From positions 10,159-74,158 of the forward strand of contig PEAP01000005.1 in NCBI GenBank assembly GCA_002753665.1: a stretch of 64,000 bases of DNA, read 5' to 3'. A model generated the notes under the pieces. That model saw only the letters and a list, made by a program, of their open reading frames with translations, was not told the origin of the DNA and ran no database searches. The stretch comes from Magnetococcales bacterium DC0425bin3. Lineage in GTDB: Bacteria > Pseudomonadota > Magnetococcia > Magnetococcales > DC0425bin3. Shown piece by piece: positions 37,043 to 46,471 of the stretch (the stretch's first letter is position 1; every line of letters starts with the position of its first letter). Made by a program: the position numbers and the translations under genes.

Positions 37043-38050
37043 ATGAAGGTTCTCATCACGGGCGCGGCCGGGTTCATCGGCTACCATCTCGGCACCCGGT
37101 TGCTGCAGCGCGGCAACCAGGTGGTGGGACTGGACAACGTCAACGACTATTACGACGTATCCCTCAAGGAGGCGCGCCTGCAGCGCCTGCAGAAGAACCG
37201 GAAGTTCCGGTTCGTGCGCCTGGATCTGGCCAACCGGGACGGGGTGATGGCCCTGTTCCGGGCCGAGAAGTTCGACCGGGTGGTCAACCTGGCGGCCCAG
37301 GCCGGGGTGCGGTATTCCCTGGAGAACCCCCAGGCCTATGTGGACGCCAATCTGGTGGGCTTCACCAACGTGCTGGAGGGCTGCCGTCACAGCCAGGTGC
37401 GGCACCTGGTGTTCGCCAGCTCCAGTTCGGTCTACGGGCTCAACACCAACATGCCGTTCTCGGTGCATGACAATGTGGACCATCCCATCAGCCTCTATGC
37501 CGCCAGCAAGAAGGCCAACGAGCTGATGGCCCACACCTACGCCCATCTGTTCAATCTGCCCTGCACCGGCCTGCGGTTCTTCACCGTCTACGGTCCCTGG
37601 GGCCGGCCGGACATGGCGCTGTTCCTGTTCACCAAGGCCATCCTGGAAGGCCGGCCGATCCGGGTGTTCAACCACGGCAACATGCTGCGGGATTTCACCT
37701 ACATCGACGACATCGTGGAAGGGGTGGTGCGGGTGCTGGACCGGACCCCGGTCGCCAATCCCGACTGGTCCGGGGCCCGGCCGGATCCCGGCTCCTCCCC
37801 CGCGCCGTTCCGGATCTACAACATCGGCAACAACCAGCCGGTGCGCCTGATGGACTTCATCGCGGCCATCGAGCAGAAGCTGGGACGCACCGCCGAGAAG
37901 GAAATGCTGCCCATGCAACCCGGCGATGTGGCCGCCACCTACGCCAACGTGGACGACCTGATCCGCGACGTGGATTTCCATCCCCGGACTTCCATCGAGG
38001 AGGGGATCGGCCGGTTCATCGAGTGGTACCGGGACTATTACGGCGCCTGA
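37043..38050 (+). CDS. NAD-dependent nucleotide-sugar 4-epimerase (UDP-glucuronate/GalNAcA epimerase type)
   Basis: From ATG 37043 the product reads [16 protein letters not shown] and carries YAASKKANE (YxxxK). The neighbouring dehydrogenase gives TviB/TviC-like pairing. Confidence 0.85.
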   Translation: MKVLITGAAGFIGYHLGTRLLQRGNQVVGLDNVNDYYDVSLKEARLQRLQKNRKFRFVRLDLANRDGVMALFRAEKFDRVVNLAAQAGVRYSLENPQAYVDANLVGFTNVLEGCRHSQVRHLVFASSSSVYGLNTNMPFSVHDNVDHPISLYAASKKANELMAHTYAHLFNLPCTGLRFFTVYGPWGRPDMALFLFTKAILEGRPIRVFNHGNMLRDFTYIDDIVEGVVRVLDRTPVANPDWSGARPDPGSSPAPFRIYNIGNNQPVRLMDFIAAIEQKLGRTAEKEMLPMQPGDVAATYANVDDLIRDVDFHPRTSIEEGIGRFIEWYRDYYGA

Positions 38051-38062
38051 CCGGCTTTCGCC

Positions 38063-38290
38063 TCACCCGGCGGCCGCCATGCGCACATCGCCCCGCAATT
38101 CCTGCAGCACCAGGGTCATGAGGCCGACCAGGCGCTTGGTTTCCAGATCGGTCAGATGATCGATCCGATCCAGGTTCTCCAGATCCTTCAGCTGCTGGCT
38201 GGAGAAGGTCCGCAGCACCCGGCGGTAATCGTTCTCGTTCTTGCCGAGGCTTTCCACGGCGTCGAGGATGCTGAGCAGTTTCTTCTTCAT
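38063..38290 (-). CDS. Hypothetical small helical protein
   Basis: 75 aa from ATG 38290 (MKKKLLSILDAVESLGKNEN..), AT-richer than the flanks. No motif was recognised. Confidence 0.4.
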   Translation of the reverse strand: MKKKLLSILDAVESLGKNENDYRRVLRTFSSQQLKDLENLDRIDHLTDLETKRLVGLMTLVLQELRGDVRMAAAG

Positions 38291-38672
38291 GGTCGAACTC
38301 CCATTCGAGGCCGAAGCGGGCGCTGTGATCCGCCGGTTCGGCAATTTTTTCCTGGCCATTCTTTCCGGGCGGTCGGCCGGCAGGCCGGCCCGGAGCGGGC
38401 AGGGGGGTGACTGTTCCCCCTCAGAGGCGGAAATCAGCAATAACCATGCCTGGGGGAGAATTCTCTGGCGCCACGCTGGTTCATATGGTCTGGGAGAAAA
38501 TGGACGCCAAGAATTTCGACAGTGACGAGCAGCACGCTGACAGCTCAATTTCGTTGCACGCTGTCCAGAAACTTTCTGCCGTTGCTCCGATGGATGCGCA
38601 CTATTTTCCGTCCCATATCACCTGGTGGCCCCCCTTGGGGTTGGAAAGAGCAGGCCTGTTTTCTGTTGTGAC

Positions 38673-38742
38673 TTTGATGGATGGGGGAGGCCTCCCTCCA
38701 CCCTCCACCGATGGAAGCCGGTTCCCGGCTTCCACACGGTAA
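38673..38742 (+). repeat. BPR copy m (complete)
   Basis: TTTGATGGATGGGGGAGGCCTCCCTCCACCCTCCACCGATGGAAGCCGGTTCCCGGCTTCCACACGGTAA, ending 3 nt before ATG 38746. Confidence 0.9.
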
Positions 38743-38745
38743 AGG

Positions 38746-39192
38746 ATGGATGACATGACCGAATTTGACTGGACCCCGCCCGGAAACGCGGACGATTGTT
38801 TCGACCTCATTGAACCATTGGAGGTTCTTTACGATTTCGATGGTCCTGGTCTGTTCACCTTCACATGGCGGACCGGCCTGTATCTGGCTTGTTTTTGTGA
38901 CGAAATCCCTGGATCTTTTCGCCATCTCATCGTTCCGACCACCAACAGGACGGTTCGGCAATTGAAAGAGGGCTCATGCGCCGTCCGGGATGCCCTGATC
39001 CAGGAGCAGGACCGGATGTGGATTGCCGACCTGGATGGACAAGGCCGGTGCAAGACCCTGTGGAAACTGACCAGCCTTGACTTTCCAGAGGATGTGTTGC
39101 CTGTGGAGGGCGCGATCCTCACCGGATTTTTTGCAGAGCATCAGGCCAAATTTTTCAAACCCAGCCTGAACTCCGTCATCGATCCCTTCTGA
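38746..39192 (+). CDS. Hypothetical protein
   Basis: 148 aa. The ATG is 3 nt after repeat copy m, whose terminal GGTAAAGG supplies a stop plus a Shine-Dalgarno-like AAGG. The sequence looks globular (EVLYDFDGPGLFTFTWRTGLYLACFCDE). No family was assigned. Confidence 0.55.
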   Translation: MDDMTEFDWTPPGNADDCFDLIEPLEVLYDFDGPGLFTFTWRTGLYLACFCDEIPGSFRHLIVPTTNRTVRQLKEGSCAVRDALIQEQDRMWIADLDGQGRCKTLWKLTSLDFPEDVLPVEGAILTGFFAEHQAKFFKPSLNSVIDPF

Positions 39193-39250
39193 TCTTTCGG
39201 ATTTTTTCAACCTTCTGACGAGGGTTCATCCCCTCGAATCCGACCCGGCC

Positions 39251-39736
39251 ATGACCCATCTTCCCCCGCGCCTGCCCTTTCCGATTCTGCTTCCGCTGCT
39301 GCTGGCGGGCTGTCTGCCCGATCCTTATCCCCCCGTGCCCCTGGCGGCCGATCCGCCCCTGGCCCGGGAGGAGGCCCTGGCCGTGGTCCGGCAGTCCCTG
39401 TGGCATGCCCCCTACCCGGGCAAGATGCCCTGCCAGGGGGTGACGGAGCAGGGTGTGACCCTCCAGCAGGGGGGCGTCACCCTGCCGTTCGCGCAATCGA
39501 AGCTCTTCGCCTACATCAAGGCCAGGACCCCGGACGGCATCTTCCTCGAAGTGCAGAGTCTGGAGTTCGACAACGCCAAGCGAACCTATTACGGGGGGCA
39601 GCGCTGTACGCTGAGTTTCATCTCGGCCCGGGGGGACCCGCGCTTCAACCCGGTGCTGGCCGCCGCGGAGGCGGACCGGCTGGCGGCCCTGAAGCGCATC
39701 GTCACCGCCCTGGTTTCCCTGGGGGCGCGGCTGTAG
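39251..39736 (+). CDS. Lipoprotein, unknown function
   Basis: 161 aa with the signal/lipobox LLPLLLAGCLPDP. Confidence 0.6.
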   Translation: MTHLPPRLPFPILLPLLLAGCLPDPYPPVPLAADPPLAREEALAVVRQSLWHAPYPGKMPCQGVTEQGVTLQQGGVTLPFAQSKLFAYIKARTPDGIFLEVQSLEFDNAKRTYYGGQRCTLSFISARGDPRFNPVLAAAEADRLAALKRIVTALVSLGARL

Positions 39737-39743
39737 CCGCCGG

Positions 39744-39798
39744 TTGCCGCAGCGGCCGAAAAGCGGCCCGCAGCGGTGGAGGGAGGCTTCCCCCATCC
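39744..39798 (-). repeat. BPR copy n (variant hairpin, shortened module 1)
   Basis: TTGCCGCAGCGGCCGAAAAGCGGCCCGCAGCGGTGGAGGGAGGCTTCCCCCATCC. It fills the gap between two convergent genes. Confidence 0.75.
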
Positions 39799-39800
39799 GG

Positions 39801-40064
39801 TTACTGCATGGATTTGCCGGTCGGGGGGGTGCAGATCACGGTCTGGGCCATTTCGTTCACGTCCGGGTCGTCGAGGATTTCATCGATGATGCGGATGGCC
39901 CGTTCGCCGATGCGCGCCGGGGACAGATCCGCGTCGGCGTCCACGGCCATCTGGAAGGCCAGGGCGGTGAGCGCCTCCCGCAGCAGGACCGGGGAGGCCT
40001 GATGCAGCCGGGCCAGCACGTGATGGATTTCTTCCTTGGACATGCGCCGGGGCCGGTCGGTCAT
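39801..40064 (-). CDS. Hypothetical small acidic protein
   Basis: 87-aa ORF, last gene of a minus-strand trio. No motif was recognised. Confidence 0.4.
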   Translation of the reverse strand: MTDRPRRMSKEEIHHVLARLHQASPVLLREALTALAFQMAVDADADLSPARIGERAIRIIDEILDDPDVNEMAQTVICTPPTGKSMQ

Positions 40065-40106
40065 GGTGGGGTTCTCTTCATTCCGGATGGCATTGGGTAC
40101 TGATGA

Positions 40107-40580
40107 TCAGGGAGGGTTCCCGTGAACGCACTGCTCCAGGAGATACATTTCCGACGCCAGGGTTTCTGCCACCACCGGGCAGCGGCGCAGGTTGTAGATG
40201 AAGTGTCTGATGTAGCCCGGGGAAATGATATCTGGGTGCAGTTTCATAAAGACCAAGCCAGCATGCAACGCATAGATTTCATTGATCATCATTTTTCCGA
40301 TTGTTGATCCAGGGTCGGCACCAAGCAATTGGATTGGCCTGAGTTTGACAATCCATTTGATGGTAAAGGCAGCCTTCTTGTGATGATCGAAATGATTGAC
40401 TTTGGGATGGTCGACTTTATAGCGGAAAGTATCGTCAAGATAACCATGAACACACAGCGTTAGAATCCGCTTATCCAGTTCTACACCAGAATAGCCGCCT
40501 TGCAGGACCAGAAGGCGGTACACTTCGACAAGAGATTCGAGTCTTTGTTTGGCTTTTTCACGGTAGCTCTTCATTACCAC
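40107..40580 (-). CDS. Hypothetical protein (AT-rich islet)
   Basis: 157 aa in a clearly AT-richer segment. It overlaps the upstream 76-aa ORF by 23 nt. No motif was recognised. Confidence 0.5.
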   Translation of the reverse strand: MVMKSYREKAKQRLESLVEVYRLLVLQGGYSGVELDKRILTLCVHGYLDDTFRYKVDHPKVNHFDHHKKAAFTIKWIVKLRPIQLLGADPGSTIGKMMINEIYALHAGLVFMKLHPDIISPGYIRHFIYNLRRCPVVAETLASEMYLLEQCVHGNPP

Positions 40581-40788
40581 GATCCATCTGAATCTGTTCG
40601 AATACAGTTTTCATTTTTTCAAAAAAGGCCGGTGCGTATTGGCGGGCCCTGGCTCTATATTCCATTTCATCGATTGGCTCACCAGAGTTCGGTTCACGCC
40701 AAGCGGCCAGAGCGTTCAGGACAGGATCATTCAGCAGAGATTCGAATTCATCGATCTCATCACCTGACAGGGGTTGATCGGGGTTCAT
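40558..40788 (-). CDS. Hypothetical small acidic protein
   Basis: 76 aa (MNPDQPLSGDEIDEFESLLND..). It overlaps the 157-aa gene downstream. Confidence 0.45.
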   Translation of the reverse strand: MNPDQPLSGDEIDEFESLLNDPVLNALAAWREPNSGEPIDEMEYRARARQYAPAFFEKMKTVFEQIQMDRGNEELP

Positions 40789-40935
40789 GGTTCGATCCTC
40801 TTCGGGCAGGCCGCAGCGAGCCGTGCTGACGGATTTGACCCGGCGGCGATAGTGCCATCATGCTGCAGTCCATCATGCACTAAAGAAACATTATGTGGCA
40901 ATTTCCCAAAACACTCAAGAAAGAAACATCAACGA

Positions 40936-40956
40936 CGGTGGATGGGGGAGCCTTCC
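40936..40956 (+). repeat. BPR fragment o1 (module 1 fragment)
   Basis: CGGTGGATGGGGGAGCCTTCC, 60 nt upstream of copy o2. Confidence 0.5.
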
Positions 40957-41015
40957 TTGGCTGGGGCATGCCTCGGACCGGGAGCGACGGTTTCGGAACG
41001 AATTTTGCTGACTTG

Positions 41016-41083
41016 TAGATGGATGGGGGAGGCCTTCCGCCACCCTCCACCGGTGAAAGTGGCGGAGTGAGTCTCACCGGTAA
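41016..41083 (+). repeat. BPR copy o2 (complete, variant hairpin)
   Basis: TAGATGGATGGGGGAGGCCTTCCGCCACCCTCCACCGGTGAAAGTGGCGGAGTGAGTCTCACCGGTAA, ending 17 nt before ATG 41101. Confidence 0.85.
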
Positions 41084-41100
41084 TCGTTGGAGCGGTCACC

Positions 41101-42495
41101 ATGGATCTTCAGACCACGCTGCGGGACGCGCTGTTGGCCCACAAGGCCGGCCATCTGGCCCAGGCCGAGGCGGGCTATCGGCGCATGCTGGATCTCAACC
41201 CCGACGACGGGATGATCCTCAAACTGCTGGGGCAGCTGCTGGCCGGGTCGGAAGCCCCCGAGCGGGGCGAGGAGATCCTGCGCCGGGCGGTGGGGCTCAT
41301 GCCCCGGGATGCCACGGTGCATTTTTTGCTGGGCCATGCCCTGCTGGGGGCCAGGAAGGCGGACGAGGCCCTGGCGTCGTACCGCCAGACCCGGGCGCTG
41401 CAACCGGACTTTCCCCGCATCCATTATTTCATGGGCACGGCCCTGGTCGAGTTGGGCCGGGTGCAGGAGGCCAGCGACCTGTTCCTCCACGAAATCACCC
41501 ACAATCCCGACGATGCCGGCACCTGCTACCGGGTGGGGCGCATCCTGCTGGACCGGGGTCTGCTGCACCAGGGCATGGGATTCATCAACCAGGCCCTGAC
41601 CAACCAGCCGGAGCTGCTGGGGGTGACCCCCATCGATCTGACCGACCTGGGGCAGTACCTGCGCCACCAGCGGCAGCATGCGGATTTTCCTGCCGCGGCG
41701 CCCCAACCGGTGCCGTTTTCCTGCTATTCGTATCCCAAATGCGGCACCCATCTGCTGTCCGACGTGCTGCAATTGGTCACAGGCCACACCTTCTATTGGC
41801 CCACCGACATCCCCTCCAACGAAACTGACGGGACCATGCTGGAACGGATTCCCCGCCAGCATTTCCTGATCGGCCACTGGCATGCCAATCCGACCTTCGT
41901 CGCCGCCCTGCGCGCCCGGGGGCATCGGGTCATCGTCCAGTACCGAGACCCCCGGGACCAGGTGGTCTCGTTTTATTTCTATTACCGCAATCTGGTGGAA
42001 CAGACGGAAAACGCCATCACCCGGGTCCTGAAGGACACCCAAACCGAAGAGGGGCTCAACCGGGTCATCGCCGGGGCCGATCCCGAGGGGGACCGCATTT
42101 TCAGCCAGCCGCTGTCCATGATGCGCTGGATGAGCCGCTGGCTGCGCTCGGAGCTGCCGGTGTTGTTCGTGTCCTTCGATGAAATGGTCAACGACAAGCC
42201 GGCCACCATCGGCCGCATCGCCCGCTTCCTGGGGCGGCCCCTGGCTGTGGACCAGTGCCTGGAGATTGCCCGCCAGACCGGCTTCGACCGCGCCTCCGCC
42301 ACCATGACCGCCAACAAGACCCCCGACCGCTTCAAGCGCAAGGGCGTGGCCGGCGACTGGCGCAACCACTTCACGCCGGCCAACATCGCCCTGTTCAAGG
42401 CGGTGGCCGGGGACCTGGTTCCGGCCCTGGGCTTCGACCTGGCCGGCTGGCAGGATCCGGAACCGACCCCACGTCATCCCCGGCCGTTGCCGTGA
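41101..42495 (+). CDS. TPR-repeat + sulfotransferase domain protein
   Basis: 464 aa. The N-terminus has TPR-like repeats. The 5'-PSB-like loop is YPKCGTHLL, and the sulfotransferase C-terminal half is RKGVAGDWRNHF. Its stop overlaps the next start (GTGA). Confidence 0.75.
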   Translation: MDLQTTLRDALLAHKAGHLAQAEAGYRRMLDLNPDDGMILKLLGQLLAGSEAPERGEEILRRAVGLMPRDATVHFLLGHALLGARKADEALASYRQTRALQPDFPRIHYFMGTALVELGRVQEASDLFLHEITHNPDDAGTCYRVGRILLDRGLLHQGMGFINQALTNQPELLGVTPIDLTDLGQYLRHQRQHADFPAAAPQPVPFSCYSYPKCGTHLLSDVLQLVTGHTFYWPTDIPSNETDGTMLERIPRQHFLIGHWHANPTFVAALRARGHRVIVQYRDPRDQVVSFYFYYRNLVEQTENAITRVLKDTQTEEGLNRVIAGADPEGDRIFSQPLSMMRWMSRWLRSELPVLFVSFDEMVNDKPATIGRIARFLGRPLAVDQCLEIARQTGFDRASATMTANKTPDRFKRKGVAGDWRNHFTPANIALFKAVAGDLVPALGFDLAGWQDPEPTPRHPRPLP

Positions 42496-42845
42496 CGATC
42501 ATCCAGTTGATCGTCGATGCCCATGGCTGCGAAGGACCGTTGAACGACGCGGCAACCCTGCTCGCCCGGATGGAGGCGGCGGCCCGTGCGGCCGGCGCCC
42601 AGACGGTGGGCCAGGCCCAGGCCCGCTATGTGCCCCATGGCGTGACGGCCATTGTGTTTTTGGCCGAATCCCATATCCTGATCTCCACATGGCCGGAATA
42701 TCGCCTGGCGCTGGTCGATATCCTGCTCTGCAACCCGCGGATGGATCCCGAAGGGGTGTGGGACCGGTTGGCCCGCACGCTGCGCCCGGCCGGGGAGGTG
42801 CGGATTCGGCGCAGCGAGCGGCAGGTCGGGGCGACTCCGGAATGA
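42492..42845 (+). CDS. S-adenosylmethionine decarboxylase proenzyme, small SpeD/SpeH type
   Basis: 117 aa from GTG 42492. The self-processing motif LAESHILISTWPE matches the ESH..TWPE pyruvoyl-forming site. Confidence 0.7.
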   Translation: MTIIQLIVDAHGCEGPLNDAATLLARMEAAARAAGAQTVGQAQARYVPHGVTAIVFLAESHILISTWPEYRLALVDILLCNPRMDPEGVWDRLARTLRPAGEVRIRRSERQVGATPE

Positions 42846-42847
42846 CT

Positions 42848-42905
42848 TTTTGATGGATGGGGGGGGCTCCCTCCACCCTCGTACCGTGAAAACTGCAACT
42901 TCGAA
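42848..42905 (+). repeat. BPR copy p (module 1 + degenerate module 2)
   Basis: TTTGATGGATGGGGGGGGCTCCCTCCACCCTCGTACCGTGAAAACTGCAACTTCGAACC. It begins 3 nt after the AdoMetDC stop. Confidence 0.75.
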
Positions 42906-42925
42906 CCTCGAAAGGGCGGTCCGTC

Positions 42926-43330
42926 ATGTCCAACGACCATTTCACCAAGGTGAGGGATTATCTCGTCCAGCTCGACATCAGCATCGATCGGGAAGATGTT
43001 CGCGAGACCCTGTTTCTGGTCTCGGACGAATCCCGCGGCATCCGGGACTGCCTGATCGACTGCGAGGACGATCTGCTGATCCTGGAGCAGATGATCATGA
43101 AATTATCCTGTGATCAGCCGGAGTTCTTCAAGAAACTGCTGATCATCAACCGGGAGCTGACCCACGGCGCCTTCGTGCTGGACGCCAGCGGACGGATGGT
43201 GCTGTTCCGGGACACGCTGCAACTGGAAAATCTGGACCTCAACGAGCTGGAGGCCTCCATCAACGCCCTGGCCATGGGGCTGGCCGAACACGCCGAGACC
43301 TTCATCCACATGGCCCGGGACCGGGCCTGA
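42926..43330 (+). CDS. YjfI/DUF2170-like (YbjN-fold) protein
   Basis: 134 aa. Its layout (LFLVSDES..LILEQMIMKL....GAFVLDASGRMVLFRDTLQLENLDLNELEASINALAMGLAE) parallels E. coli YjfI. It lies directly upstream of a PspA-family gene. Confidence 0.55.
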   Translation: MSNDHFTKVRDYLVQLDISIDREDVRETLFLVSDESRGIRDCLIDCEDDLLILEQMIMKLSCDQPEFFKKLLIINRELTHGAFVLDASGRMVLFRDTLQLENLDLNELEASINALAMGLAEHAETFIHMARDRA

Positions 43331-43357
43331 ACCGGGACGCGACGGGGAGACACCGCC

Positions 43358-44056
43358 ATGAGCAGCTTTCTGCACCGACTCTTCACCTGGGGCAAGGCCG
43401 AGGCCCATGCCGCCATGGACAAACTGGAGGATCCGACCCGCATGGCCGAACAGGGGATTCGCGACCTGCAGGCCGACCAGGTCAAGGCCATGGAGGGTCT
43501 GGCCCAGATCAAGGCCCAGACGGTGCGCCTGCGCCGGGATAGCACCCAGGAGAAGGAAACCGCCACCGGCTACGAACGCAAGGCCATGCTGCTGCTGCAG
43601 AAGGCCCAGAGCGGGGCCTTGGCCACCGCCGAGGCCGAGCGTCTGGCCACCGAGGCCCTGGCCAAACGTGACGGCGCCCTGGAACGCGCCCGGCTGCTGG
43701 AGGCCGACCTGCACAAGATGGAAGCCATGACCGCCCAGCTGGAGGGCAACGTGCAGAAGATCAGATCCCAGATCGGCAAATGGGAAAACGAACTGCGTTC
43801 CCTCAAGGCCCGCGCCCAGGTGGGCCAGGCCACTCGCAAGCTCAACGAGCAGTTGGCCAAGGTGAACGGCGACGGCACCATCGCCATGCTGGAGCGGATG
43901 AAGGACAAGGTGGCCACCGAGGAATCCCTGGCCGAGGCCTACGGCGACCTCGCCGCCGTGGAGACCTCCGTGGATGCCGAGATCGATCGGGTGTTGAGCC
44001 AGCCGGCGGCGGCGGCCGATTCATTGGCCGCCCTGAAGCAGAAGATGGGCCTCTGA
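43358..44056 (+). CDS. PspA/IM30 family protein (YjfJ-like)
   Basis: 232 aa. LFTWGKAEAHAAMDKLEDPTRMAEQGIRDLQ is the typical PspA/IM30 N-terminus, followed by long coiled coil. Confidence 0.88.
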   Translation: MSSFLHRLFTWGKAEAHAAMDKLEDPTRMAEQGIRDLQADQVKAMEGLAQIKAQTVRLRRDSTQEKETATGYERKAMLLLQKAQSGALATAEAERLATEALAKRDGALERARLLEADLHKMEAMTAQLEGNVQKIRSQIGKWENELRSLKARAQVGQATRKLNEQLAKVNGDGTIAMLERMKDKVATEESLAEAYGDLAAVETSVDAEIDRVLSQPAAAADSLAALKQKMGL

Positions 44057-44078
44057 ATTCCACCGGAGCCCGCCATCC

Positions 44079-44714
44079 ATGGACGCCATCTCCCTCTTTC
44101 TGCTCATCGTCGCCGGCGTGACGCTGCGCTTTCTCTACAAGGCGCAGCAGAAACGCGGGGACCGGCAGCCCGATCCGCCGCGGATCCGGCCCCCGACCAT
44201 CGAAGACCTGCAGCCCGGGGGGGTGCTGTCCCTGCGCGGCATCGGCGCCGATCTCGAAGACCTGGATGTCACCGTGACCGGGCGGCATTCCTACAGCGAG
44301 GAGGGCTTCGAATGGCTGGAACTGGAGGGGGAAACCGGCGACCGCAAGGTCTGGATCGGCGTGGAGCGGGATGACGAACTGGAGGTGTCCATCACCCTGC
44401 GGAAAGTGGACCTCGAAACCCTGGGGCTCACCCCGGAGCGGCTGGAGGAATTCCGGCGTCAGCGGAAGGGCGCGTTCGCGTTCGAGGGTCAGACCTACCG
44501 GTTCGACGAGAGCGGCCGGGCCACCTTCTTTCGCGACGGCAACCGGTTGCAGGGCGAGCCGTTCGAATACTGGGATTTTGTCTGCGCCAAGGACGACAGC
44601 GCCATCAGCATCGAGTCCTGGAAACCGGGCGGCGCCCCGGAGTGCCATGTGTCCCAGACGCTCAAGCCTTCACAATACACGGTGTATGCCACCCGTGGGG
44701 ACGGGAACCCATGA
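44079..44714 (+). CDS. DUF4178-like protein with N-terminal TM
   Basis: 211 aa with the TM MDAISLFLLIVAGVTLRFLY and a duplicated beta-rich pattern (..GFEWLELEGETGDRKVWIGVE.. / ..FEYWDFVCAKDDSAISIE..). Confidence 0.55.
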   Translation: MDAISLFLLIVAGVTLRFLYKAQQKRGDRQPDPPRIRPPTIEDLQPGGVLSLRGIGADLEDLDVTVTGRHSYSEEGFEWLELEGETGDRKVWIGVERDDELEVSITLRKVDLETLGLTPERLEEFRRQRKGAFAFEGQTYRFDESGRATFFRDGNRLQGEPFEYWDFVCAKDDSAISIESWKPGGAPECHVSQTLKPSQYTVYATRGDGNP

Positions 44715-45562
44715 CGGCGACGACCTGGTTCGACGGCCTTCTCTCCCTGCTGGCCATCATGGGGCTCTATACCCTGCTGCTGTTCGTGGCCAGGAAGCTC
44801 AAGGATCATCTGACGCCCTACAGGCTGACCGAGCAGCTGGGGATCCGCGACAATCCCGCCGTGGGCCTGGCCCTGATCGGCTATCTGCTGGCGGTCACCC
44901 TGATCTTCATCGGCGTCCATATGGGCCCCTCTGCCGGATCGCTGCTGGAGGACCTGCTGATCATGGCCGGCTATTCCCTGCTGGGCCTGCTGTTCCTCAC
45001 CCTGTCCCGCTGGTCCCTGGACCATCTGATGTTCAAGAAATTCGGCAATCTTGCCGCCATCGTCGAACAGCGCAGCATGGGCATGGCCATGGTGCGGTTC
45101 GGCGTGTATGTGGCCACCGGTCTGGTGGCCGCCGCCAGCCTGGCCGGCAGCGGCGGCGGGGTGCTGAGCGCGGTGGTGTTCTTTCTGCTGGGCCAGGGGG
45201 TGCTGATCCTGTTCACGCGCCTCTACGACCTGGCCACGCCCTATGATCTGCAGCAGGAGGTCAGCGCGGGCAACACCGCCGCCGGCATCGCCTTCGGCGG
45301 CTCCATCATGGCCCTGGGCCTCATCATCGCCAAGGGCATCTTCGGCGACTTCGTCTCCTGGTCCCGCAGCCTGCTGGAATTCGCCGAAGTCGTCATCCTG
45401 GGGATCGTCCTGCTGCTGCTGGTGCGGCAGATCATCGACTTTCTGCTCATGCCCGGCCATGACCTCGACAAGGAGATCGTCGAGGACCGCAACGTGGCGG
45501 CCGGGTTGTTGGAACTGGGCGGCTCGCTGTGCTTCGCCCTGGTGCTGGCCGCGCTGCTGTAG
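44711..45562 (+). CDS. DUF350 (YjfL-like) membrane protein, duplicated domain
   Basis: 283 aa from ATG 44711 (ATGA overlap). It has two DUF350-like halves (..NPAVGLALIGYLLAVTLIF.. and ..NTAAGIAFGGSIMALGLII..). Confidence 0.65.
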   Translation: MTATTWFDGLLSLLAIMGLYTLLLFVARKLKDHLTPYRLTEQLGIRDNPAVGLALIGYLLAVTLIFIGVHMGPSAGSLLEDLLIMAGYSLLGLLFLTLSRWSLDHLMFKKFGNLAAIVEQRSMGMAMVRFGVYVATGLVAAASLAGSGGGVLSAVVFFLLGQGVLILFTRLYDLATPYDLQQEVSAGNTAAGIAFGGSIMALGLIIAKGIFGDFVSWSRSLLEFAEVVILGIVLLLLVRQIIDFLLMPGHDLDKEIVEDRNVAAGLLELGGSLCFALVLAALL

Positions 45563-45591
45563 CGGCCATTCCGCGACCGGCTTGAGAGGAC

Positions 45592-46233
45592 ATGGGAATG
45601 TTCACCCCCTTGGGTCTGGGCCGCCTGGCGCTGGTCAGCGCCGGCTGCGCCATCTTCTATATCCTGACCGGGATGTCTCTCACCCTGGGTTCCCAAACCA
45701 GCGCTGGCAGCCTCCAGGCCAACGAAACCTATGGCCCCATCGTCATCGACCGGCCGGGGCGGATCGTCGATATCCGGATCCATGTCCACAATCTGCAGCA
45801 GAGCTGGGCCAATGTGGAGGTGGAGCTGTACAGGGGGCAGGACCGGGAGACCCCCCTGCTGGTGCTGGCCGGGGAGCAGTACCACGAGAGCGGCTCCGAC
45901 GACGAAGGCCAGTGGGTCGAAAGCGAAGGCGTCACGGACAAACGTCTGGTCCTCGATGAACCCGGCGACTATTACCTGACATTCGCCGTCGCCGGCGGGA
46001 CCATGGACAGCGTGGAGGAGGGGACCGACCAGACCGCGACCTCCCGCCTGGGCGTCGAGATCACCACGCTGCGGGGCAGTTCCGCCCTGTTCAACCGGGG
46101 CGCCATCGCGCTGCTGGTGCTGGCCCTGCTGTTCAACCATCAGGCCAACCGGCTCGATCTTCCGCCCCGGATGGCCGGGTTCCCCGACCCGGGGCGTGGA
46201 CGGCAGGGAAAAGGGCGCCGCCATGAACCTTGA
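45592..46233 (+). CDS. Bitopic membrane protein, unknown function
   Basis: 213 aa with N- and C-terminal TM segments flanking a beta-rich domain. It lies within the Psp cluster. Confidence 0.5.
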   Translation: MGMFTPLGLGRLALVSAGCAIFYILTGMSLTLGSQTSAGSLQANETYGPIVIDRPGRIVDIRIHVHNLQQSWANVEVELYRGQDRETPLLVLAGEQYHESGSDDEGQWVESEGVTDKRLVLDEPGDYYLTFAVAGGTMDSVEEGTDQTATSRLGVEITTLRGSSALFNRGAIALLVLALLFNHQANRLDLPPRMAGFPDPGRGRQGKGRRHEP

Positions 46234-46471
46234 AAAATGGCTGCTGGTCGGGCTGGTGGCCGTCGTCTTCTGGGGGTGGTATGTGATGCTGCCGGCGTCG
46301 CAACAGGGGTATGGCTATACCGGCTACCGGGGCAACTACCGGATTCCCGGCGGCGGCTTCTTCTACCAGGGTGGCAATGCCACCACCTTTCCCACCGGGG
46401 ATGGCAGCGTCCGCACCGGCAGCGTGCGCGGGCCGTCCACCGGTGGCCGCGGTCTGCATGGAGGCAAGTAG
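46223..46471 (+). CDS. Small Gly/Tyr-rich membrane protein
   Basis: 82 aa from ATG 46223 (MNLEKWLLVGLVAVVFWGWYV..GYGYTGYRGNYRIPGGGFFYQGG). Its stop overlaps the next start (TAGTG). Confidence 0.45.
   Translation: MNLEKWLLVGLVAVVFWGWYVMLPASQQGYGYTGYRGNYRIPGGGFFYQGGNATTFPTGDGSVRTGSVRGPSTGGRGLHGGK

Noticed and set aside
35549-37981. 810-aa minus-strand ORF antisense to the dehydrogenase and epimerase genes
   Set aside because: The plus-strand genes have textbook Rossmann and catalytic motifs. The antisense product is low-complexity (H/G/V/P/D-rich).
38407-38961. ORFs 38407-38742 (+) and 38545-38961 (-) in the non-coding stretch before gene 38746
   Set aside because: Both run through repeat copy m (giving the tell-tale MDGGGLPPPSTDGSR / WREASPIH peptides). 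The minus-strand one also overlaps the better-supported plus-strand gene. I left them uncalled, and the region may be genuinely non-coding.
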